Under the pieces are notes generated by a model. The model searched no databases and was not told the origin of the DNA. It saw only the letters and a program-made list of their open reading frames with translations. From Polyangiaceae bacterium (GTDB lineage Bacteria > Myxococcota_A > Polyangia > Polyangiales > Polyangiaceae): 40,538 bases of DNA. The DNA lies in NCBI GenBank assembly GCA_044222475.1, contig JBGANF010000069.1:1-40538 (forward strand). Direction: 5' to 3'. Positions 1 to 10,212 of the stretch are shown here, piece after piece (within the stretch, counting starts at the first letter, position 1; every line of letters starts with the position of its first letter). Made by a program: the position numbers and the translations under genes.

Positions 1-355
1 TCACGCCGTTCAGCCGCGCGTTGTGGGCGCGCGCGACCGCCGCGAGCGCATCGGGATCGACGGCGATGACGCGTGCCGCTCCAGCCAGCGCCGCCGCGAT
101 CGCGACGATGCCGCCCCCGCTCGCGACGTCGACGACGGTCTTGCCTCGTACCAAGGTGGGATGATCCAGCAGGTGGCGCGCAACGGCCTGCCCGCCGGCC
201 CAGGCGAATGCCCAGAACGGAGGCTCCACCGCGCGCGCCGCCAGCCACGACTCGGTTGCCGTCCAGAGCTCGGTGACCTCGTGAGCGAGGTGCAGCTCGA
301 TCTCGGGGACGAGCGGCGCGCGCCCGACGACGGTGTTCTCGAGCACGAAGTCCAC
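1..355 (-). CDS. Class I SAM-dependent protein-lysine methyltransferase (METTL20/ETFBKMT-like); runs off window edge
   Basis: Not in the ORF track. Manual translation gives ...VPEIELHLAHEVTELW...EPPFWAFAWAGGQAVARHLLDHPTLVRGKTVVDVASGGGIVAIAAALAGAARVIAVD...HNARLNGV, with the PPFWAFAWAGGQ motif and SAM motif I. GTG at 355; alternative TTG at 397. Confidence 0.85.
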   Translation of the reverse strand, partial: MDFVLENTVVGRAPLVPEIELHLAHEVTELWTATESWLAARAVEPPFWAFAWAGGQAVARHLLDHPTLVRGKTVVDVASGGGIVAIAAALAGAARVIAVDPDALAAVARAHNARLNGV

Positions 356-439
356 CGAGCCATCGTAGTGGAGCCATTGCCTAGCACCGTGGGACAAATC
401 GCCCCGAGCCCGCATCAACTGAGGTAGAGTCCCCGCTTC

Positions 440-1435
440 ATGTGGGTCGAAGATCGCCGCGCGCAGTGGCTCGACATCATCGTTCGTAGCGGGAAGGTCC
501 TCCCACGCCTTTGGCCGCGAGTCCTCGTCGTCGTCGCGTTGTCGATCATCGTGACGGTGCTCTTCGAGAAGACGAAGATCTTCCACATCTCGATCACTCC
601 GACGCCGTTCTCGCTCATCGGCTGGCCGCTCGGTATCTTCCTGGGCTTCCGCAACAGCGCGGCGTACGACCGGTTCTGGGAGGGTCGCAAGCTCTGGGGC
701 TCGCTGGTGAATCAGACGCGCTCCTTCGCGCGCCAGCTCCTCACGTTCGTCGATGCGCCGAAGGACCCGCGTCCGCTGGTCGCCTCGGACGACGTCCCCG
801 ACTCGGCCACGATCTCGACCCCCGCCGACGTGAGCGCCGACCCGTCGCTCCGGCGCGAGCTCGTCTACCGGACGATCGGCTTCGTGCACGCGCTTCGCCA
901 TCACCTTCGCGATCAGTCCGTCCTCGAGGAGCTCGGTCCGTATTTGCCCGAGGCCGACATCGCGGAGCTGAAGGGACAGCCGAACGTTCCGGTGCTCATC
1001 CTCCAGCGGCTCGCGGAGCGCGTCGCCGACGCGCGGCGCGAAGGGCGCATCCACAACTACCACGCAGTGCTGCTCGAGCAGTCGCTCCAGTCCTTCACCG
1101 ACATCCAGGGCGCCTGCGAGCGCATCAAGACGACGCCGATCCCGTTCTCGTACACGGTGCTCATGCACCGCGTGGTCGCGGTCTACTGCACGCTGTTGCC
1201 GTTCGGCCTCGCGGACACGATTCACTGGATGACCCCCCTCGTCGTCATGTTCATCAGCTATGCGTTCTTCGGCCTCGACGCCATCGGCGACGAGATCGAG
1301 CAGCCGTTCGGTGTAGACCGCAACGATCTCCCGTTGACGGCGATCTCGCGCAACATCGAGCGCGTGCTGCGGATGCAGCTCGGCGAGAAAGCTCTGCCGC
1401 CGGCGCTGCTACCGCAGAACAACGTCCTCAACTGA
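440..1435 (+). CDS. Bestrophin-family anion channel (YneE/KpBest-like)
   Basis: LGFRNSAAYDRFWEGRKLWG, GACERIKTTPIPFSY and IGDEIEQPFG motifs; four hydrophobic segments. Confidence 0.93.
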   Translation: MWVEDRRAQWLDIIVRSGKVLPRLWPRVLVVVALSIIVTVLFEKTKIFHISITPTPFSLIGWPLGIFLGFRNSAAYDRFWEGRKLWGSLVNQTRSFARQLLTFVDAPKDPRPLVASDDVPDSATISTPADVSADPSLRRELVYRTIGFVHALRHHLRDQSVLEELGPYLPEADIAELKGQPNVPVLILQRLAERVADARREGRIHNYHAVLLEQSLQSFTDIQGACERIKTTPIPFSYTVLMHRVVAVYCTLLPFGLADTIHWMTPLVVMFISYAFFGLDAIGDEIEQPFGVDRNDLPLTAISRNIERVLRMQLGEKALPPALLPQNNVLN

Positions 1436-1438
1436 TCG

Positions 1439-2014
1439 TCAGCGACGCACGGAGAAATCCGAGCACCCGCGGGTGTCGATGCTCCCGGTGTAGGACTTCC
1501 CGTCCGGGCTGACCGTCGCGTCGACGGGTACGGTCGAGTATCCCTCCGGCCTCACGATCCACGCTCCGGGCTCCAGCCGGAGGTGCCTCGTGCTCGGATC
1601 ATAGACTCCGCTCATCTGGAATTTCCCTGCGGGTCCGCTCGGGACCGTGAAGTCGAAGATGGCGCCCACCGTGTTGCCCACGACGCTCGTGATGCGGAGA
1701 GTCACGTTCGTCCTGCCCTGCGCGCAGGTGTACGTGCCCGCCCACGCCTGCGATGCGGCGAAGGGCATCGCCGGCTTCGCCGACGCGGTCGCGGTTGCCG
1801 TCGTGGGCTTCACGACGAGGGGCTGCAGGTTCGTCGTCGTCGTGGGGACCGGCGGCGTCGACGTGTCGGCGGTCGGCACGTCGAGCACGACGGTCGTCGG
1901 CTCGGTCGTGATGCCGTGCGTGCCCGCACCCGCGTCTCGCTTGGCCTTCGCGAACGGGTTCTTGCACGCAGCGACGAACGCGAGCGCGACCAAGACGAAG
2001 AGCGAGCGACGCAA
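1439..2014 (-). CDS. Hypothetical lipoprotein with Thr/Pro linker and small C-terminal beta domain
   Basis: Signal peptide ending FVAAC; T/P-rich linker; C-terminal WAGTYTCAQG...GC domain. Confidence 0.75.
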   Translation of the reverse strand: MRRSLFVLVALAFVAACKNPFAKAKRDAGAGTHGITTEPTTVVLDVPTADTSTPPVPTTTTNLQPLVVKPTTATATASAKPAMPFAASQAWAGTYTCAQGRTNVTLRITSVVGNTVGAIFDFTVPSGPAGKFQMSGVYDPSTRHLRLEPGAWIVRPEGYSTVPVDATVSPDGKSYTGSIDTRGCSDFSVRR

Positions 2015-2029
2015 CCGTTCGAGCGTACC

Positions 2030-3076
2030 CTACTTCACGAAGGCGTCGAACGACTGGATCGGGATCTCGCGGAAGTCTCGCCCGGCGTAGGTCAGGATCA
2101 AGCGTTGGTCGGCCTTGTAGTCGACGAGCTTGGCGCCGTACTGCGCCGCGTCGAGGCCGAGGCCTTGGATCTGGACCTCACCCTGGAACACGATCGCGCG
2201 CGCGAGGTAGATGATCGGGTCCGCCATGCCGACGCGGTTCACCGTCATGCTCGCGGTGAGGTGGCCGACGCCGCGGTCGTCCAGCTCGCCGTCGGTGAGC
2301 GACCGAGCCGTGTTCACGAGCCCGCGGACGGAAACGATCGCGGACGCGACTGCGGCCGTGATGTCGATCCCGTCCACTGAGACGCCCTTGCCGGAGAGGA
2401 GGGCGAAGTTCTCCTCGCCGAGATCGTGGCGGAGGCGCCGGTGGACGTGGTTGCTCTCGTCGTAGTTCTTCAGCGTGCCGACCATCGCGCCGCACGCCGC
2501 GCGCGGCTCGCGCCAGGGTGCTTCGCGGGTCAGGCCGAAGGCAGGCTTCGGCCCGCTGTCGTCGCGGCCCACGTGGGTCTTCAGATCGACGGCCACCATC
2601 ACGTACGACTGAGCGTTCCCCTCGTAGACGCGTTGCCGCAGCGGCGCGTCGAGCTGGTGCGCGACGGTGACGTGGGCGAGCGTGCCGCTCTCGTCGGTGC
2701 CGCCGCCGAAGGGCGAGAATGCCTCGACCTTCAGATCTCCGAGCTCCGACAACGTCGCGAAGCGCGCAGCGACGACGGAGCGATAGCGCTGGGCCTCACC
2801 CTGGTGGATGCGGTCGCCGCAGTTCGTGAACGCGAGCGTGGTGACGACGCTCGGGACGTCGAGGTCGGCGCCGCAGAACTCGAGGTCCGCGCCGCCCCGC
2901 GCGTCGGCGAACTGGAGCTCGTCGTGCAGGACCTGCATGCCGCTGAGGAGCGCGTAGCGGTCGCTGACGATCTCGTGGAGGTAGGTGAAGTTGGCTCCAC
3001 GCTCCATCCCGAACTCGGCAGGCATGGTCCAGAATCGCTTGATGTGTCGTTTCGCGAGGGTGGGATCGAAGCGCAT
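2030..3076 (-). CDS. Hypothetical protein, putative LCIB/theta-carbonic-anhydrase-like zinc protein
   Basis: Clean 348-aa ORF with C86-G-D88, H168-V-G and AAC195GA, matching the Cys/Asp...His...CGA pattern of the LCIB family. ORF is secure; function is tentative. Confidence 0.6.
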   Translation of the reverse strand: MRFDPTLAKRHIKRFWTMPAEFGMERGANFTYLHEIVSDRYALLSGMQVLHDELQFADARGGADLEFCGADLDVPSVVTTLAFTNCGDRIHQGEAQRYRSVVAARFATLSELGDLKVEAFSPFGGGTDESGTLAHVTVAHQLDAPLRQRVYEGNAQSYVMVAVDLKTHVGRDDSGPKPAFGLTREAPWREPRAACGAMVGTLKNYDESNHVHRRLRHDLGEENFALLSGKGVSVDGIDITAAVASAIVSVRGLVNTARSLTDGELDDRGVGHLTASMTVNRVGMADPIIYLARAIVFQGEVQIQGLGLDAAQYGAKLVDYKADQRLILTYAGRDFREIPIQSFDAFVK

Positions 3077-3159
3077 TCGCGACAGATTGCCCTAGCTAGG
3101 ACGCCCTGTCCCGCCGAAAATCGGCGGCGCGCTCGCGGTGAGCGGTTCTGAGCGGATCT

Positions 3160-4593
3160 CTACTTGCCGCGCAGGGTGAGGACCTGGAACACGCCGAGGC
3201 ACATCTCGTTCAGGGTCTCTTCCCCGAGCGTGACCTCCTTCGGTTGGGTCAGACCCTGCTCCTTGAGCGCGGCGGCGACGAACGGGTTCCCGAGCGAGTT
3301 GTCGTAGGTGCACTTGATCGACAGCTCGTCGAGAGCGCGCACCTGCGGCAGCGAAGCGATCGGCGTGTCGTACTGGAAGACGCGCTGCCAGTTGAAGTCC
3401 CACTGGCCCATGTCGAGGAGGCACTCCTTGCCGTCGGCCGGCTCGCCGTCCTTCACGGTGCCGTGCCGGACGGTGATGCGCTCCTTGGTCCCGACGTAGT
3501 GCATGTGCGCGCCGACGCCGTAGAGGAGCAAGTCGGGCGTGGGCTTGTTCTGGAGCTCCGGCGGGATGAGGAACTTCTGGAGGATCGTCACGTCCTTCGC
3601 GCCCGGCGGGATCTTGAACTCCTGGAGCGACTTCGGATCGGTGCCGTCGTACTGGAGGCCCGAGCCGCCGGCGATCGGCTTGTCGAAGTTGCCAATCAGC
3701 GCTGCCGTCATCTCGTACGGGGGCACGGTCTTGTTGTAGCGAATCTGCACCTTGGTCAGATCCGGCTTCGAGTTCACCGCCGCGAGCGCGTGCGGGTGGT
3801 AGTGGATCTGCATCACGAAGACGGTGCCGGGATCGATCTGCGTTCCGATCTCCTCCGGGAAGCTCTGCGGGAACGCGCCCGGCACCCAGCCCATCACGAG
3901 CGAGAACTTGGTGAGCCCGATGCCACCGAAGCAGTCGTAGCCGCCGTCGGCGCCGAGCTGCTTCTTCGCCACCTCGGTGGCGGCGGTGCTGAAGAGCAGC
4001 ACGTGGTGCACGACCTGCTCGTTGCCGGGGATGATGTTCGAGCCGTTGATGTACTTCGTCTCGGTGAGCTTCGGATCGATCACGAAGCAGCGGAACGAGT
4101 CGCGGTTGGTCTCGGTGACGGTGTACGGCCCCTTCGGCTCGTAGGTGCCGTCCACGTTTTGCAGCCCGGTCGGCCCACCCGCGTACGCCTTCGAGTCCTT
4201 GATGTCGCCGGCGGGCGTGCCCTGCGCGTCCCAGCCCTGGAGCGTCGCCAGCTCGGTCGTGGAGAGGCGCGGGTCGTTCTTCCACTTGTAGCGAGGTGCG
4301 CAGTCTTTCGTCTCGGACGTGCCCCAAGGCGGCATGATGCCGGCCTTCGTCGCTGCGACGATCGCGCTCGACATGCCCTTCACCGCTTCGTAGCTATCCA
4401 GCGTGAACGGCGCGATGCCACCCTTCGAGTGGCAGCCGAGGCAGTGGCTCTGCACGATCGGCTCCACGTCTTTGTAGTAGGTGACCGGCGGCCCAGCGGG
4501 CTCGCCCGGGGTGGAAGCGCCGTAGCAGCCCACGATGGCGGCGAGCGGAGCGGCGATCGACACGACGCGCGTCAAGACACTGTAAACCGACAT
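3160..4593 (-). CDS. Copper type II (PHM/DBM-like) monooxygenase lipoprotein with N-terminal c-type heme motif
   Basis: Lipobox-like IVGC; CLGCH; CuH ligands VHHV and IHYH; CuM ligands AHMH and EMC. Confidence 0.85.
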   Translation of the reverse strand: MSVYSVLTRVVSIAAPLAAIVGCYGASTPGEPAGPPVTYYKDVEPIVQSHCLGCHSKGGIAPFTLDSYEAVKGMSSAIVAATKAGIMPPWGTSETKDCAPRYKWKNDPRLSTTELATLQGWDAQGTPAGDIKDSKAYAGGPTGLQNVDGTYEPKGPYTVTETNRDSFRCFVIDPKLTETKYINGSNIIPGNEQVVHHVLLFSTAATEVAKKQLGADGGYDCFGGIGLTKFSLVMGWVPGAFPQSFPEEIGTQIDPGTVFVMQIHYHPHALAAVNSKPDLTKVQIRYNKTVPPYEMTAALIGNFDKPIAGGSGLQYDGTDPKSLQEFKIPPGAKDVTILQKFLIPPELQNKPTPDLLLYGVGAHMHYVGTKERITVRHGTVKDGEPADGKECLLDMGQWDFNWQRVFQYDTPIASLPQVRALDELSIKCTYDNSLGNPFVAAALKEQGLTQPKEVTLGEETLNEMCLGVFQVLTLRGK

Positions 4594-4647
4594 GGCGGAA
4601 GGCTAGCCGCAAACCTTGCGCGGCGCCAGGTCGTCGCGGCTCGTGTT

Positions 4648-6269
<1,622 letters not shown>

Positions 6270-6273
<4 letters not shown>

Positions 6274-8807
6274 TTCGCGGCGGGCACGATCCCCAGCGCG
6301 GCCGGGATGGTGCCTTCGACGAGGAGGCCGTCGCAGACCTCGATCGGGAGAAGGAGCGTGCCGGCTCGGCACATCGCTCCGCCGTTGATCACCTCGGTCG
6401 AGCCGCCCCCGGAGATCACCGCGCGGTGATCGGGGAGCATGACGAGGGTCATCGGATTCTCGCCGGCGGGACCGACGAGGCGAATCGTCGTGCCTTCGCG
6501 GACCGCAAGGCGCGTCGCGGTTGCGGCGAGCAGCGGCTCCTTCGTCGCCATCGGTGCCGCCGCCGCGCCGTTCTTCGGATCGAGGGCGCGCACGTCGGCC
6601 GCCGTACTGGCGAAGAGACGCCCGGGCAGGGCGACGAGGTCGGAGGCCGACTTGTCGAGCTCCACGTTGTACCGCTCCGCGTGAGCGGCGTCGTACGCGA
6701 ACACGCGAGACTTCGCGTGATCCTGCGTGAGCGCGAAGAGCGACACACCGTCGGAGCCGAACGTGAGTCGCACGATGGTCGAGCCGAGGTGGAGCGACGT
6801 CGCGGCTTTCGACGTCGGATCGATCGACGTGAGCTCGTCCGCCGAGCCGGCGACGAGCCGGTCCTTCGACCAGGCCACCGCCGCGAGGTCGTTCCTCGTC
6901 TTGGCGAGCGGAGGATCGACGGCGCCGGTCGTCGGATCGTAGGTGCGGAGCTCGGTGCCCTGAGCGAGGACGACCTTGGAGCCGTCGGGGGAGAACGCTG
7001 CGTCACGGACCGACGTGGGCGCGAGCTTGGCGACGAAACCGCTCCGCGCGATGACGAGGGTGGGGCGACCCGGCGCCGGCGCGACGACGCGGTCCCCGCG
7101 CGGAGCCAGGCGCAGGAAGTCGATCGGCTGCGGAGCGGTCGCATACCCGATGCCGTCGGCGCCGACGAACGCGATCTCTCCGATGAACGCGAGCGCGAGC
7201 GTACCCGCGCTCCCGGTGAGCGCCGTGACCGGGCGCGGGACTCGCGCGTGCAGGGACCAGATCTCCTTCCCGGTCGTCGCATCGACGACGACGACGCCCC
7301 TCGTGGTCGCGAACGCGATGCGACTCCCGTCCGGGGAGAATCGCGCGTCGGTTGCGGCGGCGATCCCGTCCGTCTCCCATAGGAGCTTCATCGTCTTCGT
7401 CGCATAGACGCGGGTGACGCCGAAGCCGAACTGCCACGCTAGAAGCGCGCCGTCCTTCGAGAGCGCCACCGCGTCCGTCTGCTTGTCCTCGGGGGCGACG
7501 AGCTCGGCGTTCTTCGGACCGAAGTCGGTGATGGTGAGCGCGCTCGTCATGTGAACGCCGCCGCTTGCGATCGCTCGATCGATCACGGCGAGGCTGCCGT
7601 CTTCACTCACGGTAGCCCTCACGGCCCCGTCGCACCGGTCGTGCTCGTTGATCCCCGAGTACGAGAAGAAGTGCGGGTTCGAGAGCGGTCCGTCCGACTG
7701 CACGCACGCTCCGAACGACAGGGTGTGGCGCACGAGCTTGCCGTTCTTGAGCGTGGCGTGCACGAGCGTGTTCGTCGAACGATGCGTCGTGATCGGAGCC
7801 TTCCTGGGGTGAGTGCCTACGTCGTCGTGGACTTGGATCGTGCGCTCCTCGACGCTGACCTTCTCGACGGCCTCGGGGACGAGAAACAGGTGCACCCCTC
7901 CGCTGGCGACGGCGTACAGCGGGCGCGCGCCCTTGATCGAGAGATCGGCGATGCGAGCCTTCGTCGTCGCGTCGTAGACGGTGTACCCGTCGTCGGTTCG
8001 TTTGACGGCTGACGATCCCGAGACGCTCTCCCACTCGGCCTTGGTGGACGAGAGCGCGCGCCCGGTCGCGATGTCCCACCGCGAGACGTCGACGCCGTCG
8101 TCGATCGTCACGTCACCCGAGGCGCCGAAGGTGACGGCCCGAGGGGGGTTCTTCACCGGGAACACGGCGCGGGGAACGGAGTCGAGCACGATGGTGACGG
8201 TCTTCTTCGACCCAGCTGCGATCCACTTCGCATCGGCGCCCCACGCGATCGCCTCCGGAGGCGCTACGTCCGTCGCGTCGACTGCGACCTCGCCGAGCTC
8301 GGTGGCCGCGCGCTCGAACAGGCGACGTGCCTCGATCGGGTTCGCGCGCTTCGCGAGCGCGCCCAGGCGCGCGAGCGCCGCGCCGTTGGGGTGCCACGTG
8401 GCCCAGCTCTTCTCCCAGGCGACCTTCGCATCGGCCTCGCGGTTCGCGAGGAGCGCGGCGTCGCCCTTGGCGAGCTCCGAAGCGGCGGTGGTCTGCAGCT
8501 CCATCGGATCGCCCGGAGGCGAGGGCGGCACGACGAGGCTCGCTTGCAGCGCCGCCGCGCGCGCCGTGACGTCGGCGCGCGCGAGGCACTCCGCCGGCAG
8601 CGAGCGGATGGCGCGGAGCGCGCGCCGCGTTCGGCCTTCGGCCTCGAGCGCGTTCGCAGCGGCGAGCGGATCGGCGACCGCGCACGCATCGGCAGTCTTC
8701 GCCCCTGTCGCGGTCGGCGTGGTCGGCGGGACGTGCGGCGGTGCGTTCGTCGCGTTGCCGCAGGCGAGGACGAGGACGATCGGACCGAGGGTGCGGGCGC
8801 GCGGCAT
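6270..8807 (-). CDS. Lipoprotein with N-terminal helical (TPR-like) region and WD40-like beta-propeller repeats
   Basis: Lipobox VLAC; repeated FSPDGS/LSKDG/WSKD blade motifs. Confidence 0.75.
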
Positions 8808-8828
8808 CGCGCCGAGGGTAGACGAGGC

Positions 8829-9149
8829 TCAGGCGCTTCGCAGCAACCCGAGCAACTTCTCTTTCGAGGTCAACCCGACGACGCGGGCGACCTCCTTGCC
8901 GCCCGCGAACGCGACGACCGTCGGGTAGGCCTTCACCCGAAAGCGATTCGCGAGCATGGGTGCGGCGTCGCCGTCGACCGCGACGACGGCGACCTTGCCG
9001 GCGTTCTCACGGGCGAGGCTCTCGAGCACGGGCGCGAGCGCCTTGCAGGGCATGCACCAGGTCGCGGTGAAATCGACCAAGACGGGAACCTCCGAGGAGA
9101 GGACGCGGGCGTCGAAGCTGGCTTCGTCGACGGAATCGAGGGTGGACAT
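8829..9149 (-). CDS. trxA: Thioredoxin
   Basis: 106 aa from ATG 9149; PVLVDFTATWCMPCK active site, YPT cis-Pro; GGAGGT SD 8 nt upstream. Confidence 0.92.
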   Translation of the reverse strand: MSTLDSVDEASFDARVLSSEVPVLVDFTATWCMPCKALAPVLESLARENAGKVAVVAVDGDAAPMLANRFRVKAYPTVVAFAGGKEVARVVGLTSKEKLLGLLRSA

Positions 9150-9261
9150 GACGAGAAACCTCCGCTCGTGGAGGTCCCGACGAGGCACCGGATGACGGGA
9201 CTTTTTTTTCGTCGGTTCGGTGTCATGATCGGCGAGCTCGACACCTGATCCATCGGTCGAC

Positions 9262-9774
9262 ATGTCCGAAGACGATTTCCTGAGCCACATCGGCAGCCTC
9301 GCGAGCCGCGAGCGGGCGTCCCTCGCGGCGATCGCGCGGGCGGAAGGCCTCGGCCCCGAAGATGCGATCGACAGCGTGCAGGAGGGCCTCTGCACGCTGC
9401 TCCAGCACGCGCTCCAAGGGAAGCTGCCCGACGATCACGCCGAGTGGGGGCCCCTCGTGCGACAGATGGTGAAGAACGCCGCGCGCAACGGCCGCCGCCG
9501 TCACTTCCGCGCGAAGCCCCACGACGACGTCGATGCGGCTGCTCCCCCCGCCGACGACACACCGGCCGACGACGCGCTGGCCGATGCGGAGGCGCACGTG
9601 CGATTGCGCCACTGCGTGAACGAGCTGTGCGAGACGCAGAAGGCGGTCGTCACGCTGCGCATGCTCGAGGAGCGCGGAGGGGAAGACGTGGCGCGCGCGA
9701 TGGGCCTCACGCCCGAGCACGTGGCCACGTTGCTCTACCGCGCCAAGCGTGCGCTCCGCGCGTGCATGGCCTGA
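9262..9774 (+). CDS. ECF-type sigma-70 factor
   Basis: Region 2 (EDAIDSVQEGL) and region 4 HTH (QKAVVTLRMLEE...DVARAMGLTPEHVATLLYRAKRALR); 170 aa. Confidence 0.88.
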   Translation: MSEDDFLSHIGSLASRERASLAAIARAEGLGPEDAIDSVQEGLCTLLQHALQGKLPDDHAEWGPLVRQMVKNAARNGRRRHFRAKPHDDVDAAAPPADDTPADDALADAEAHVRLRHCVNELCETQKAVVTLRMLEERGGEDVARAMGLTPEHVATLLYRAKRALRACMA

Positions 9775-9818
9775 AAAGACGAAGGGCACCCCGGTTCGCA
9801 CCGGGATGCCCTTGCGTC
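9774..9818 (-). terminator. Intrinsic terminator of the csp gene, possibly bidirectional
   Basis: Hairpin AGACG-AAGGGCA-CCCGGT-tcgc-ACCGGG-a-TGCCCTT-g-CGTCT between convergent genes, followed by TTTT on the minus strand. Confidence 0.7.
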
Positions 9819-9858
9819 TCGCGATGCGCCCTTGGGCGCTTCGCGTTGCCGAGATCGG

Positions 9859-10056
9859 TTAGATCAGCTTCACGTTCTCGGCGCGCGGTCCCTTCGGGCC
9901 CTGACCCTCGGTGAACGACACCCGCTGGCCCTGCTGGAGATCCTCGAATCGGACTCCTTCGCAGGCGGACATGTGGAAGAAAAGATCTTTGCCGGGGGTG
10001 GTCTCGATGAAGCCGAAACCCTTGTCCGTCAGTCGCTTGATAGTGCCTTCAGCCAT
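9859..10056 (-). CDS. Cold-shock domain protein
   Basis: KGFGFI (RNP1), LFFHMS (RNP2), GPKGPRAENV; 65 aa. Confidence 0.95.
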   Translation of the reverse strand: MAEGTIKRLTDKGFGFIETTPGKDLFFHMSACEGVRFEDLQQGQRVSFTEGQGPKGPRAENVKLI

Positions 10057-10212
10057 TTGATTCACCTTTGAGAAACGAGGCCCGTCGGGAAAAGCTCCCG
10101 CTGGGTTTGCCCGAAGCGCACGTGCGCTCCGGGCGGCGCGATACTACAGGAGCGGGGCGCGATCGGGAGAGACTTCGCTCGGGATCGCGGAAACGCCTGG
10201 TACTCTGCAGGA

